DNA of 64,000 bases, taken from assembly GCA_963786935.1 (NCBI GenBank), contig CAWBAN010000001.1, forward strand, positions 416,001 through 480,000. The letters run 5' to 3'. Below are positions 27,601 through 37,067 of this stretch, piece after piece (the stretch's first letter is position 1; each line of letters starts with the position of its first letter). The stretch is from an uncultured bacterium. Lineage in GTDB: Bacteria > Krumholzibacteriota > Krumholzibacteriia > Krumholzibacteriales > Krumholzibacteriaceae. Both the position numbers and the translations under genes were made by a program. Below the pieces are notes generated by a model. It was not told where the DNA came from and searched no databases. It saw only the letters and a list, made by a program, of their open reading frames with translations.

Positions 27601-28179
27601 TTGTCGCTGATTAATTACTCGTCCCGCGAGATCAACGTCAAGATCGTCTACTACGGCCCCGGGCTGTGCGGGAAAACGACCAACATCCAGTACATCTACG
27701 ACAAGGTGTCCCCCGACACCAAGGGAAAGCTCATCACGCTCGCGACCGAGATGGACCGCACGCTCTTCTTCGATTTCCTGCCGCTCGAGCTCGGCAAGGT
27801 GAAGGGATTCCGGACGCGCTTCCATCTGTACACGGTGCCCGGCCAGATCTACTACGACGCGAGCCGGAAGCTCATCCTCCGCGGCGTCGACGGGATCATC
27901 TTCGTCGCCGACTCGCAGCGGAGCCGCTACGACGCGAATATCGAGAGCCTCTACAACCTCCACGAGAACCTCGGCGAGTACCAGCTCAAGGTCGAGGACA
28001 TTCCCTACGCGATCCAGTACAACAAGCGCGACCTCCCCGACGTCATCGACGTGAAGGACCTCGAGGAGGAGCTCAACCCGAAGCACTACCCGTCGTTCGA
28101 GGCGGTGGCGGTGAAGGGCGCCGGCGTGTTCGACACGCTCAAGGCCGTCGCCAAGTCGGTGCTGAGGAACCTCTCGTAG
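27601..28179 (+). CDS. mglA: Small GTPase MglA
   Basis: TTG start after GGAGG; INYSSREINVKIVYYGPGLCGKTTN, DRTLFFDF, YTVPGQ, NKRDLP. Confidence 0.95.
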   Translation: MSLINYSSREINVKIVYYGPGLCGKTTNIQYIYDKVSPDTKGKLITLATEMDRTLFFDFLPLELGKVKGFRTRFHLYTVPGQIYYDASRKLILRGVDGIIFVADSQRSRYDANIESLYNLHENLGEYQLKVEDIPYAIQYNKRDLPDVIDVKDLEEELNPKHYPSFEAVAVKGAGVFDTLKAVAKSVLRNLS

Positions 28180-28215
28180 CAGCTTTCCGCCCAATCGAAT
28201 CCAGCACGCGGGGCG

Positions 28216-28375
28216 GGCGCCGGCAATCCCGCTCCGAGCCCAGTCGCAGGGCTCCAATGGGCTCGTTCGCGGGAATGCCGGCGCCACCCGCTGACGGTGC
28301 ATGAAGGCGTGGACACTCTCGCGACGAACTCATTGGAGGCTCTGCGACTGAGTTCGGAGCGAGAGCGTCCACGCC
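28216..28375. repeat. Two inverted, diverged ~70-nt hairpin units (28216-28285 and 28306-28375)
   Basis: Each unit folds on itself; unit 2 is an imperfect reverse complement of unit 1. Confidence 0.85.
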
Positions 28376-28418
28376 ATTTCGCTTGCCCCGGGGTGTCGGT
28401 GGGCGTATCCTCGGCGGC

Positions 28419-28871
28419 GTGAAGCGATTCATGGTGACGCTCCTCGCCTCGTTCTTCCGCACGGGGTATTTCCCGTTCGCGCCGGCCACGTTCGCGAGCC
28501 TCGTGTGGCTCGCGATCTATCTCTTCGTGCCGGGGGGCGGGTGGCTCGTGCATCCGATCGTGGTTCTGTTAACGATCCCCGTCGCCATCCTTCTGTCCCA
28601 TGAAGCGGAAAAGATCTGGGGCACCGACGCCCGCCGCATCGTCATCGACGAGTTCGTCGGGATGCAGGTGACGCTGCTCGCGATCGAGCCGTCGCTTCTC
28701 ACGGGCGCGATCGGATTCGTGCTGTTCAGGATATTCGATATCGCCAAACCGTTCCCCGCCGGGCGCGCCCAGCGGCTCCCGGGCGGGCTCGGGGTCGTGA
28801 CGGACGACGTCGCGGCGGGCGTGTACGGGCGGCTCGTACTTCTCGTTCTATCGCTCTATCTCGCGCGATGA
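28419..28871 (+). CDS. pgpA: Phosphatidylglycerophosphatase A
   Basis: GYFPFAPAT, IVIDEFVG, FRIFDIAKPFP, DDVAAG. Confidence 0.9.
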   Translation: MKRFMVTLLASFFRTGYFPFAPATFASLVWLAIYLFVPGGGWLVHPIVVLLTIPVAILLSHEAEKIWGTDARRIVIDEFVGMQVTLLAIEPSLLTGAIGFVLFRIFDIAKPFPAGRAQRLPGGLGVVTDDVAAGVYGRLVLLVLSLYLAR

Positions 28872-30129
28872 GAAAGCACGTCGAAATAATCACGATCGGC
28901 GACGAGGTCCTGCGGGGAGAGACGCAGGAGAACAACGGCGTCTGGCTTTCGCGCTCCCTCATCCACGCGGGGCTCGATCCGTGGAGGATCACCGCGCTCC
29001 CCGACGACATGGACATCCTCGTGACTGAGTTCCGCGACGCGGCGGCGCGGAGCGATCGGGTCATCGTCACGGGGGGCTCGGTCCCACGGTGGACGACCTC
29101 ACGAAAGAGGCGCTCATCCGCGCCCTCGGCGCGAAGACCGAGTTCCGCGCGGAGATCGTGGCGGGCGTGGAGGAGCAGCTCAAGGCGCGCGGCCGCGCGA
29201 TGATCGAGGGATACCGCGATCAGGGGAGGGTGCCCGCCGGCTGCGAGATCATCGAGAATCCCGTCGGGCTCGCCGTGGGGCTGCGCGTGAGGACCGGCGG
29301 GGGCGGGGACACGGGCGGTCCGAGCGGCGGCGCGTGCGAGTTCTTCCTGCTTCCGGGCGTTCCCGCCGAGATGCGCGCGATGTTCGAGGCGACCGTGCGC
29401 AGCGCGCTCGGGGCGCCGGGGATCGATTCGCACATCCGGATGCGGACCTTCGGGCTCATCGAGACCGAGGTCGAGGACGCGCTTCGCACGGTGCTCCCGC
29501 CTGACGTCCTGAAGACGATCGCGATCATATCCTCGCCGAAGGGGATCGATTTCTACGTGCCGCGCGAGCCGGACGGCGTCCTGCACGCATCGAACGCGGC
29601 GCGCGAGCTCGGGAGCTACGTCTACGCCGAGGGGAACGAGCGCCTCGAGGGCGTGGTCGTGGGGCTTCTCATCGGTCGGCGCATGACGGTGACGACGGCG
29701 GAGTCGGTGACGGGGGGGCTCGTCGCCTCGACGCTCGTCTCCGTGCCGGGGGCGAGCGACGCGTTCCGCGAGGGCTTCGTCACCTACAGCAACGAATCGA
29801 AGATCGAGCGGCTCGGCGTGCGGCGCGAAACGCTCGAGGCACGCGGCGCCGTGAGCGAGGAGGTCTGCCGCGAGATGGCCGAGGGGGCGCGCCGCGCGGC
29901 GGGAGCGGATTTCGCGCTCTCGACGACGGGGATCGCCGGACCGACCGGGGCCGTGCCGGGAAAGCCCGTCGGGCAGTGTTTCATCGGGCTCGCCGGGCCG
30001 GAGGGCACGTTTGTCCGCGGATTTCAGTTCATCGGCGGCCGGGAGACGGTGCGCGTGCGCGCCGCATACAACGCGATCGACATGCTCCGCCTCGCGCTCA
30101 CCGGCGAGGCGAACGGGAGGATGCGATGA
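28868..30129 (+). CDS. cinA: CinA competence/damage-inducible protein; frameshift in G6 at 29071-29076
   Basis: ITIGDEVLRG; one extra G restores TGGLGPTVDDLT; LPGVPAEM; AESVTGGL; STTGIAGP. Confidence 0.9.
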
Positions 30130-30692
30130 GATTGTTCTACGCCGTGAGGATATCGGACGCGATCAGGTCCGACGTCGATGCCGCGATTCAGTCGTTTCCG
30201 CTCCGCAACCCGCCGTGGCGCTGGATTCCGACCGGCAACATGCATCTCACGCTCAAGTTCCTCGGTGAGGTGGACGAGCGGATTCTCCCCGATCTCAAGG
30301 CGGTCGCTGAGGATGCCGCGACAAAGGTGCAGCCCTTCCGCGTCGCGTACGGCGCCTTCGGCGGTTTCCCCAATCTCTCGAATCCGCGCGTCATCTTCTT
30401 CGAGGCGAAGGAGGGAAAGCGCGGGCTCTCGGAGATCGCGCATCTCCTCGAGACGGGCGTGGAGCCCCTCGGCATCGAGCGCGAGAGGCGCCCGTTCAAG
30501 GCGCACCTCACGCTCGCCCGGATCAAGGAGCCGCTTCCCCGCGGCATGACGGAGCGCCTCGGCTCCGTGCCGCCGCTCCCCGCGACCGCGTTTCAGAGCG
30601 TCGACCGCTTTTTCCTCATGCGGAGCCATCTCGCCCCGTCGGGGGCGACCTACGAGGAGGTCGGGAGCTTCGATCTCGGAGGTGGGAGCTGA
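30126..30692 (+). CDS. thpR: RNA 2',3'-cyclic phosphodiesterase (2H family)
   Basis: HLTLKFLG and HLTLAR motifs; follows cinA. Confidence 0.9.
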   Translation: MRLFYAVRISDAIRSDVDAAIQSFPLRNPPWRWIPTGNMHLTLKFLGEVDERILPDLKAVAEDAATKVQPFRVAYGAFGGFPNLSNPRVIFFEAKEGKRGLSEIAHLLETGVEPLGIERERRPFKAHLTLARIKEPLPRGMTERLGSVPPLPATAFQSVDRFFLMRSHLAPSGATYEEVGSFDLGGGS

Positions 30693-31126
30693 TGTTGCAT
30701 CTGATTTCCGCCGTCGCCTTCCCCGTGTTTCTCCTGAGCCTCCTGACGCTCGGGCTCCGGGGCGGCCTGTTCTCCGCGGCCCCGGCCGTCATCGCCTGCC
30801 AGCTGGTGGGGCTCGCCGTCATGATATGGGGGCGGATGTCGTTTCCGAGGGGGAGCTTCAGCTTCGGGGCGGCGCCGACGGGGCCGGCGATCGTCCGCAG
30901 GGGACCGTATCGATCGATCCGCCATCCCATCTACGCCGGCGCCATGTTGATTCTCTGGGCGAGCGTGGCCGGGCACTTCTCGCTCGCCGGCGCCGGCATC
31001 GGCGCCGGCGCGTTTCTCTTCGTTCTCGGCAAGATCGTTCACGAAGAGCGCTTGCTTCGGGCCTCGGTCCCCGGCTACACTGAGTACGCGCGCTCCACGA
31101 AGGCCCTCGTCCCGTTCGTAATCTAG
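30692..31126 (+). CDS. Isoprenylcysteine carboxylmethyltransferase-family membrane protein
   Basis: GPYRSIRHPIY, EERLL, PGYTEY. Confidence 0.8.
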   Translation: MLHLISAVAFPVFLLSLLTLGLRGGLFSAAPAVIACQLVGLAVMIWGRMSFPRGSFSFGAAPTGPAIVRRGPYRSIRHPIYAGAMLILWASVAGHFSLAGAGIGAGAFLFVLGKIVHEERLLRASVPGYTEYARSTKALVPFVI

Positions 31127-31141
31127 CCGGGAGCGAATATC

Positions 31142-32056
31142 ATGAAATGGAAGAGCCTGTTGTTCGTTGCTCTCGCGCTTTCCGCCGCGGCCGGTTCCGC
31201 CGCTTCCGCGACGAACGAAGATCTCGCCACCGCGGTCCGCGAGGCGGAGCGGGCCTTCGCGCGATCGATGGCCGAGCGGGATCTCGCCGCATTCGAATCG
31301 TTCGTTTCGAAAGAGGCGTTGTTCTTCGGCGGAAAAGGGGTCCTGCGCGGGCGGGAGGCGGTCGCAGCGGGATGGAAGGGATTCTTCGAAGGGGCCGCGG
31401 CGCCGTTCTCGTGGGAGCCCGAGCGGGTCGAGGTGCTCGATTCCGGCAGGCTCGCGCTGAGCTCGGGCCCCGTGCGCGATCCCGAAGGAAGGCTAATTGC
31501 GACGTTCAACTCCATCTGGCGCCTCGAGTCGGACGGCCGCTGGCGCGTCATATTCGACAAGGGATGCCCGCTCCCCTGCGAGTCGAACGAGCCGGCCGAG
31601 AGCGACGATGCATCTCCGGGCGAGGGCGTCGAACCGTCCCCCGCGGCGCAGGATGAGTGCGCGCGGATCTTGAGCGCCGTGCAAGCGCTTCCCGGCACGA
31701 TGGTCGAGCGCCGCGAAGGCACGTACTACGACGAGAACGTCGAGCGCGATCTCACCGGCTGCATGATCTCCGTTTCAGGCGTCTGGAGCGAGCTCGGCGG
31801 CAGAGCGAATCCCGGCGACACGATCTATCGGCTGCTCGCCGGCGAGGGCTGGAAACAGGAGCCTCGATACTCCGCGGACGGGCCGGACGGCACCTTCTTC
31901 GCGCTGTCGAAGGGGGAGATCTGGTGCTTCGTTCGCGGGCAGTGGGACGGGGGAGACGACACGGATCCGGAGTACGTTCCGAGCGACGTCTATCAGTTCT
32001 TCGCGTGCGTCACGCGGTTCGTCGCGGACGATCCGGGCGACAGCGAGGACGAGTAG
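31142..32056 (+). CDS. Exported NTF2-like (DUF4440) protein with extra C-terminal domain
   Basis: Signal peptide, AERAFA, FSWEPERVEV, FNSIWRLESDGRWRVIFDKG. Confidence 0.7.
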   Translation: MKWKSLLFVALALSAAAGSAASATNEDLATAVREAERAFARSMAERDLAAFESFVSKEALFFGGKGVLRGREAVAAGWKGFFEGAAAPFSWEPERVEVLDSGRLALSSGPVRDPEGRLIATFNSIWRLESDGRWRVIFDKGCPLPCESNEPAESDDASPGEGVEPSPAAQDECARILSAVQALPGTMVERREGTYYDENVERDLTGCMISVSGVWSELGGRANPGDTIYRLLAGEGWKQEPRYSADGPDGTFFALSKGEIWCFVRGQWDGGDDTDPEYVPSDVYQFFACVTRFVADDPGDSEDE

Positions 32057-32071
32057 CGGCGAGGTGATGTC

Positions 32072-32455
32072 ATGTATTACATAGTCGAAACCGAGAAATC
32101 GTTCAATCAGGCGGCGCTCGACCTCGAAGCGTCGGTCAAGCGCCACGGCTTCGGGGTGCTGCATATCCACGATCTGGGAGCCACGCTCCGCGGCAAAGGC
32201 GTGGCGTTCGAAGAGGGGTGCAAGGTGTTCGAGGTCTGCAATCCGCAGCAGGCGGCGAAGGTGCTCGCCTCCGACATGCGGTTGAACATGGCGCTCCCGT
32301 GCCGCGTGTCGGTCTTCACCGAGAAGGGCAAAACGAAGATCGGCTTCATCGAGCCGGTGCAGATGCTCTCGGCGCTCTCGCGCGATCCGGAGCTCATGCA
32401 GGTCGCCAGAGAGGTCGAGGATATGATCGTCCGGATGGTCGAGGACGCGCGATGA
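32072..32455 (+). CDS. DUF302 domain protein
   Basis: GFGVLHIHDL, EVCNP, LPCRVSV. Confidence 0.85.
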   Translation: MYYIVETEKSFNQAALDLEASVKRHGFGVLHIHDLGATLRGKGVAFEEGCKVFEVCNPQQAAKVLASDMRLNMALPCRVSVFTEKGKTKIGFIEPVQMLSALSRDPELMQVAREVEDMIVRMVEDAR

Positions 32456-32781
32456 GAATGTCGAATATTCCATTCGGCACGATCGACTGGTCGGCGGTCG
32501 AGCGAACCGAGCACACGGGCGAGACGGGCGCGGCATACTGGCGCACACGGGAATTCGGAGGTATTCGCGTCCGCATGGTCGACTACTCGCCCGGCTACCG
32601 GGCCGACCATTGGTGCGAAAAGGGGCATATCCTCCTCTGTCTCGAGGGCGAGCTGCATACCGAGCTCCAAGACGGTCGAGCCTTCGTCCTCACGCCGGGT
32701 ATGAGCTATCAGGTGGCCGACGGCGCGGAGCCGCATCGCTCGTACACCGCGGCCGGCGCCACGCTCTTCATCGTCGATTGA
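32452..32781 (+). CDS. DHCW-motif cupin
   Basis: YRADHWCEKGHI, GMSYQVAD, HRS, LFIVD. Confidence 0.85.
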   Translation: MRMSNIPFGTIDWSAVERTEHTGETGAAYWRTREFGGIRVRMVDYSPGYRADHWCEKGHILLCLEGELHTELQDGRAFVLTPGMSYQVADGAEPHRSYTAAGATLFIVD

Positions 32782-32810
32782 CGGATGACGGAAAGGATCT
32801 CTGATTCGGT

Positions 32811-33418
32811 ATGGAAGAGACGAGCTACATCGGCTGCGGCGATAAGCCCCCGGCCTTCAAAACGGCGCTCCTCGTCGTCGACGTGCAGAACGATTAGTTC
32901 CCCGGCGGCAGGAATCCGCTCGCGGGGAGCGTCGAGGCGGCGGCGAACGCCGCGCGCCTCCTCGAGTTCTTCCGGCGCTCGGAGCATCCCGTCTTTCACT
33001 TGCAGCACGTCTCGACGTGTCCCGGCGCGACGTTCTTCCTCCCCGACACCGACGGCGTGCGCATTCACGAGCGCGTCAAGCCGCGCCCCGGGGAGATCGT
33101 TCTCCAAAAGCACCACCCGAACTCGTTCCGCGACAAGGAGCTCCTCACCCAGCTCAGCCTCGCCTCCGTGGCCCGCATCGTGGTCTGCGGCATGATGACG
33201 CAGATGTGCATCGACGCGACCGTGCGCGCGGCGGCAGATTACAAGCTCGAGTGCGTCGTGGCCGGGGACGCCTGCGCCGCGAAGGCGCTCACGTACGGCG
33301 GCCGCACGATCCCCGCGCGGGACGTCCATGCCGCGTTTCTCGCCGCCCTCGACGTCGCCTACGCAAGGTCATGACGACGGACGAAGTCCTCGCCCATCTG
33401 AGCCCGCCCGAAGCGTGA
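32811..33418 (+). pseudogene. Isochorismatase/cysteine hydrolase, in-frame TAG at 32895 and frameshift near 33365
   Basis: KTALLVVDVQND*FPGG, KHHPNSF, GMMTQMCIDAT; C-terminal KVMTTDEVL lies in another frame. Confidence 0.75.
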
Positions 33419-33532
33419 CGCCGCCCGCGCCGCTCGCGGCATGACGCGCCGCCCGGCGCCGCAATAATTCTTTAATGAAAATTCACCATCGGGTGTAGGC
33501 GGATAGTGAACATCCGTCCGAAAGGAGATGCC

Positions 33533-35029
33533 ATGTCCCCCAGATTGTTCGCTGTCCGCGCCGGCGCGGCTCTTTTGATTCTTACATTCCTCGCTCCTGC
33601 GGCATACGCCACGAACGGCATGAACCTCGAAGGGTACGGTCCCATATCGGTCGCCATGGGGGGAACGTCGTTCGCCTTCTGGAACGGCACCGCCGCCGTC
33701 ATGAACAATCCGGCAACCCTCGGGCTCATGACGAACGGAATGTATCTGAATCTCGCCGTCGGGAACCTCGGCCCCGACGTCACGGCGGTCGTCACGACGC
33801 CGGCGGGCGACCTGATCGCCGCGTCTCTCAGCGACGCCTTCTACATGCCCGCGCTCGGCTTCGTCATGAAGCGAAACGCCGTCGCATTCGGGCTCGCCGT
33901 CTTCAGCCAGGGAGGGATGGGCACCGAATACGCCAGCGATTCGTGGATGTCGGATCCGAGCATGGGTGCCAACACGGCGCTCACGGAGGGGCTCGTCAAC
34001 CGCTCCGAGGTCGGCGTCGGCCGCGTCATCGTTCCCGTCACGTACGACGTGAACGAGAAGCTCACCCTCGGGCTCACCGGCGACTTCGTCTGGGCCGGCA
34101 TGGACGTGCAGATGGCGATGAGCGAGCCGCAGTTCCAGAACCTCGCCAACCCGGCCGCGCAGACGATCGGCGCCGCCTCGGGCACGATGGTGGACGCGTT
34201 CGGCCAGCTCTACGAACCGTTCGGCGGAACGGGAGTGAGCCGCCTCTACCACGCCTATTTCGATTTCTCCAATACGAGTGATTTCACCGGAGAGGCGAAG
34301 GGCTACGGCGTGGCCGGAAAGATCGGCGGCCTCTACAAGGCGAGCAACCGACTCTCGATCGGCGTTACCTATCACACGAAAACGAGCCTCGGCGACCTCG
34401 AGACGGATAACGCGTCGCTCTCGATGGGTGTGAACGTCGATCCGGGCGTGTTCGTCGGCTCGCCGACGGGCACGTATCAGGACATGAACATCCCCGTGAC
34501 CGGCTCGATCGCGGTGCGGGACTTCGAGTGGCCCGCGATGCTCGGCGCCGGCGTCGCCTACAAGCCGGTGGAGCGCGTGCTTCTCGCGCTCGACGTAAAA
34601 TACGTATATTGGGAGAGCGTCATGAAGGATTTCAGGATGGTCTTCACCGCCGACGAGAGCGCCGGAAACGGCGCCTTCTCCGGCCTCGTCCTGGACGCCA
34701 CTCTCTACCAGAAGTGGGAAAATCAGGCGGTCATCGCCATCGGCGGCTCGGTCGAGGCGACGGACGCGCTGACGCTCCGCGCCGGATACAACTACGGCAA
34801 GAATCCGATTCCCGCCGAGTATCTGAATGCTCTCTTCCCCGCGATCGTCGAGAATCATTTGACCTTCGGCGCGGGGTACGGATTCACCGAGGCCCTCTCG
34901 GCCGATTTCTCGTTCGCGTACGCCTTCGAGAAGAGCGCCATGAATCCCGGCAACGGCTCGACGATTCCCCCGGTCGAGTCGGTGCACAGCCAGCTCAACT
35001 GGATGATTATGATGGGGTATCAGTTCTAG
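33533..35029 (+). CDS. OmpP1/FadL/TodX-family outer-membrane transporter
   Basis: Signal peptide then TNGMNLEGYGPISVAMGG, NNPA, LRAGYNYG, terminal YQF. Confidence 0.85.
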   Translation: MSPRLFAVRAGAALLILTFLAPAAYATNGMNLEGYGPISVAMGGTSFAFWNGTAAVMNNPATLGLMTNGMYLNLAVGNLGPDVTAVVTTPAGDLIAASLSDAFYMPALGFVMKRNAVAFGLAVFSQGGMGTEYASDSWMSDPSMGANTALTEGLVNRSEVGVGRVIVPVTYDVNEKLTLGLTGDFVWAGMDVQMAMSEPQFQNLANPAAQTIGAASGTMVDAFGQLYEPFGGTGVSRLYHAYFDFSNTSDFTGEAKGYGVAGKIGGLYKASNRLSIGVTYHTKTSLGDLETDNASLSMGVNVDPGVFVGSPTGTYQDMNIPVTGSIAVRDFEWPAMLGAGVAYKPVERVLLALDVKYVYWESVMKDFRMVFTADESAGNGAFSGLVLDATLYQKWENQAVIAIGGSVEATDALTLRAGYNYGKNPIPAEYLNALFPAIVENHLTFGAGYGFTEALSADFSFAYAFEKSAMNPGNGSTIPPVESVHSQLNWMIMMGYQF

Positions 35030-35071
35030 CTATACCTGCGGGCCGCTTACGACGCCCACCACGCCATGCAA

Positions 35072-35099
35072 CGCCCTCCCCGGCACGCCGGGGAGGGCG
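35072..35099. repeat. Perfect GC-rich inverted repeat after OM transporter gene
   Basis: CGCCCTCCCCGGC-ac-GCCGGGGAGGGCG. Confidence 0.65.
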
Positions 35100-35145
35100 C
35101 CCGCAGAATCCCGCCGGTCGGAGCTTTTCCTTCCCCTGAATTTCA

Positions 35146-35174
35146 TTGAAATATGCGCATCGAGGTGCTATAAA
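35146..35174 (+). promoter_or_regulatory. Likely sigma70 promoter of recA
   Basis: TTGAAA-N17-TATAAA with extended TG. Confidence 0.55.
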
Positions 35175-35290
35175 AAGGCACTGGCGCCGCGTGCGCGGGG
35201 GCGCGGGGAGGTGGTGCGGGCCGCATCGAACGCAGGCGCATAAATCGTTTCAATACGGGGTGATGGGAGGATGACGGGGAAGGACGAACG

Positions 35291-36382
35291 ATGAAAGAGA
35301 CGAAGGAAATGAAAGAACCGAAAGAAGCGAAGAAGACGGCGAAGCCGTCGGAGGCGGGCAAGGACAAGGAAAAGGCGATCGAGCTCGCCATGGGACAGAT
35401 CGAGAAGCAGTTCGGCAAGGGCGCCATCATGCGTCTCGGCGCCGACGGCGCGATCGTCCCGGTGGAGGCTATCCCGACGGGGAGCATGAGCCTCGACGTG
35501 GCGCTCGGGATCGGCGGCGTGCCGCGCGGGAGAATCATCGAGATCTACGGGCCGGAGGGATCGGGGAAGACCACGCTCACCTGCTCGATCGTCGCGCAGG
35601 CGCAGCGGCTCGGCGGGGTCGCGGCCTTCATCGACGCGGAGCACGCGCTCGACCTGGCATACGCCCGGAAGATCGGCGTCGACGTCGACAACATCCTCAT
35701 CTCGCAGCCCGATACGGGGGAGCAGGCGCTCGATATCGCGGAAGTCCTCATCCGCTCGAGCGCGATCGACGTCGTCGTCGTGGATTCGGTCGCCGCGCTC
35801 GTGCCCGCGGCCGAGATCGAGGGGGAGATGGGGGATTCGCACGTCGGGCTTCAGGCGCGGCTCATGTCGCAGGCGCTCCGCAAGCTCGCCGGCGCCGTGT
35901 CGAAATCGAAAACGTGCCTGATATTCACGAACCAGATCCGCATGAAGATCGGCGTCCTCTACGGGAATCCCGAGACGACGACGGGCGGCAACGCGCTCAA
36001 GTTCTACGCGACGGTGCGCCTCGACATCAGGAGAACGGGCCAGATCACGGACGGCGACACGGTGATCGGGAACCAGACGCGCGTCAAGGTCGTGAAGAAC
36101 AAAGTGGCGCCGCCGTTCCGCCAGGCGGAGTTCGAGATTCTCTTCGGCGAGGGAATCAGCTTCGAAGGGGATCTCATCGAGCTCGGCGTCTCGTCGAACA
36201 TCGTTTCCAAGACCGGCAGCTGGTATTCGTTCGGCGAGGAGCGGATCGGGCAGGGCAAGGACAACGCGCGGATGTTTCTGCGGGAGAACAAGGACATCCG
36301 CCGGAAGATAGAGGAGAGCGTTCGCGCTCACTACGGGCTGCCGATGCCGTCGGCGGCGACGAAGCCGGACAGTGGCAAATGA
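35291..36382 (+). CDS. recA: Recombinase RecA
   Basis: [43 protein letters not shown]. Confidence 0.98.
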   Translation: MKETKEMKEPKEAKKTAKPSEAGKDKEKAIELAMGQIEKQFGKGAIMRLGADGAIVPVEAIPTGSMSLDVALGIGGVPRGRIIEIYGPEGSGKTTLTCSIVAQAQRLGGVAAFIDAEHALDLAYARKIGVDVDNILISQPDTGEQALDIAEVLIRSSAIDVVVVDSVAALVPAAEIEGEMGDSHVGLQARLMSQALRKLAGAVSKSKTCLIFTNQIRMKIGVLYGNPETTTGGNALKFYATVRLDIRRTGQITDGDTVIGNQTRVKVVKNKVAPPFRQAEFEILFGEGISFEGDLIELGVSSNIVSKTGSWYSFGEERIGQGKDNARMFLRENKDIRRKIEESVRAHYGLPMPSAATKPDSGK

Positions 36383-37067
36383 TTCGAAGGGCGGGGGCGG
36401 CGCCCGCGGCGCCGGCGGCGCGGCGAGCGTCGAGAGCGTCCGCAGGCGCTGGGGCAAGCTCTACGTCGTGACGATCACGGACGGTTCGAGCTACCTCGTG
36501 CTCAAGGATCCCTCGACCGCCCCGCTGCTCGAAGCGGGCGCCCGGCTCGACGACGACGCGATCGAGGCGCTCCGCGGCCCCCTGGCCCGCGCGGCGGGGA
36601 TCGCGCTCGCCTACCGGCTGCTCGCCGCGCGTGACCGGACCGAGCACGAGATACGCGCGGCGCTCGGCAAAGAAGGAATACGGACGCCGGAGGTGGTTTC
36701 GGACATCGTCGATACCCTCCGGCGTCAAGGTTATCTTGACGACCGGCGCCTCGCGTCCCATTTTGTCCAGTACCGGGTGAAGCACCGCCCGGCCGGGCCG
36801 CGGCTCCTCCGGAGGAAGCTCCGCGAAGCCGGGGTGCGCGAGGAGGTCGTCGAGGAGGAGATCCGCGAGGCACTTCCCCCCGAGCGCGAGCGCGAAATCG
36901 CCGAAGGGCTCGCCCGCGCGAAGCTCAAGGGGGCGAAGAGCCGCGAGCAGGCGGTGCGGCGCGTGCACGGGCTTCTCGCGCGGCGCGGCTTCAGCGATCG
37001 CACGGTGAACGCGATCTGCTCGGCGATACTGAGGGGAACGTTTCCGGGAGAGAACGATGACGAATAA
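36372..37067 (+). CDS. recX: Regulatory protein RecX
   Basis: [27 protein letters not shown]; between recA and alaS. Confidence 0.85.
   Translation: MANDSKGGGGARGAGGAASVESVRRRWGKLYVVTITDGSSYLVLKDPSTAPLLEAGARLDDDAIEALRGPLARAAGIALAYRLLAARDRTEHEIRAALGKEGIRTPEVVSDIVDTLRRQGYLDDRRLASHFVQYRVKHRPAGPRLLRRKLREAGVREEVVEEEIREALPPEREREIAEGLARAKLKGAKSREQAVRRVHGLLARRGFSDRTVNAICSAILRGTFPGENDDE

Noticed and set aside
28204..28380. CRISPR array or ordinary terminator
   Set aside because: Only two units, inverted rather than direct, no spacers or cas genes, and no U-tail
32895..32897. Pyrrolysine or amber recoding
   Set aside because: TAG is used as a normal stop elsewhere (mglA, dnaX, alaS); the position is a conserved Tyr one substitution away; the gene has a second lesion
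35100..35290. LexA box upstream of recA
   Set aside because: No convincing GAAC-N4-GTTC or CTGT-N8-ACAG site found by eye
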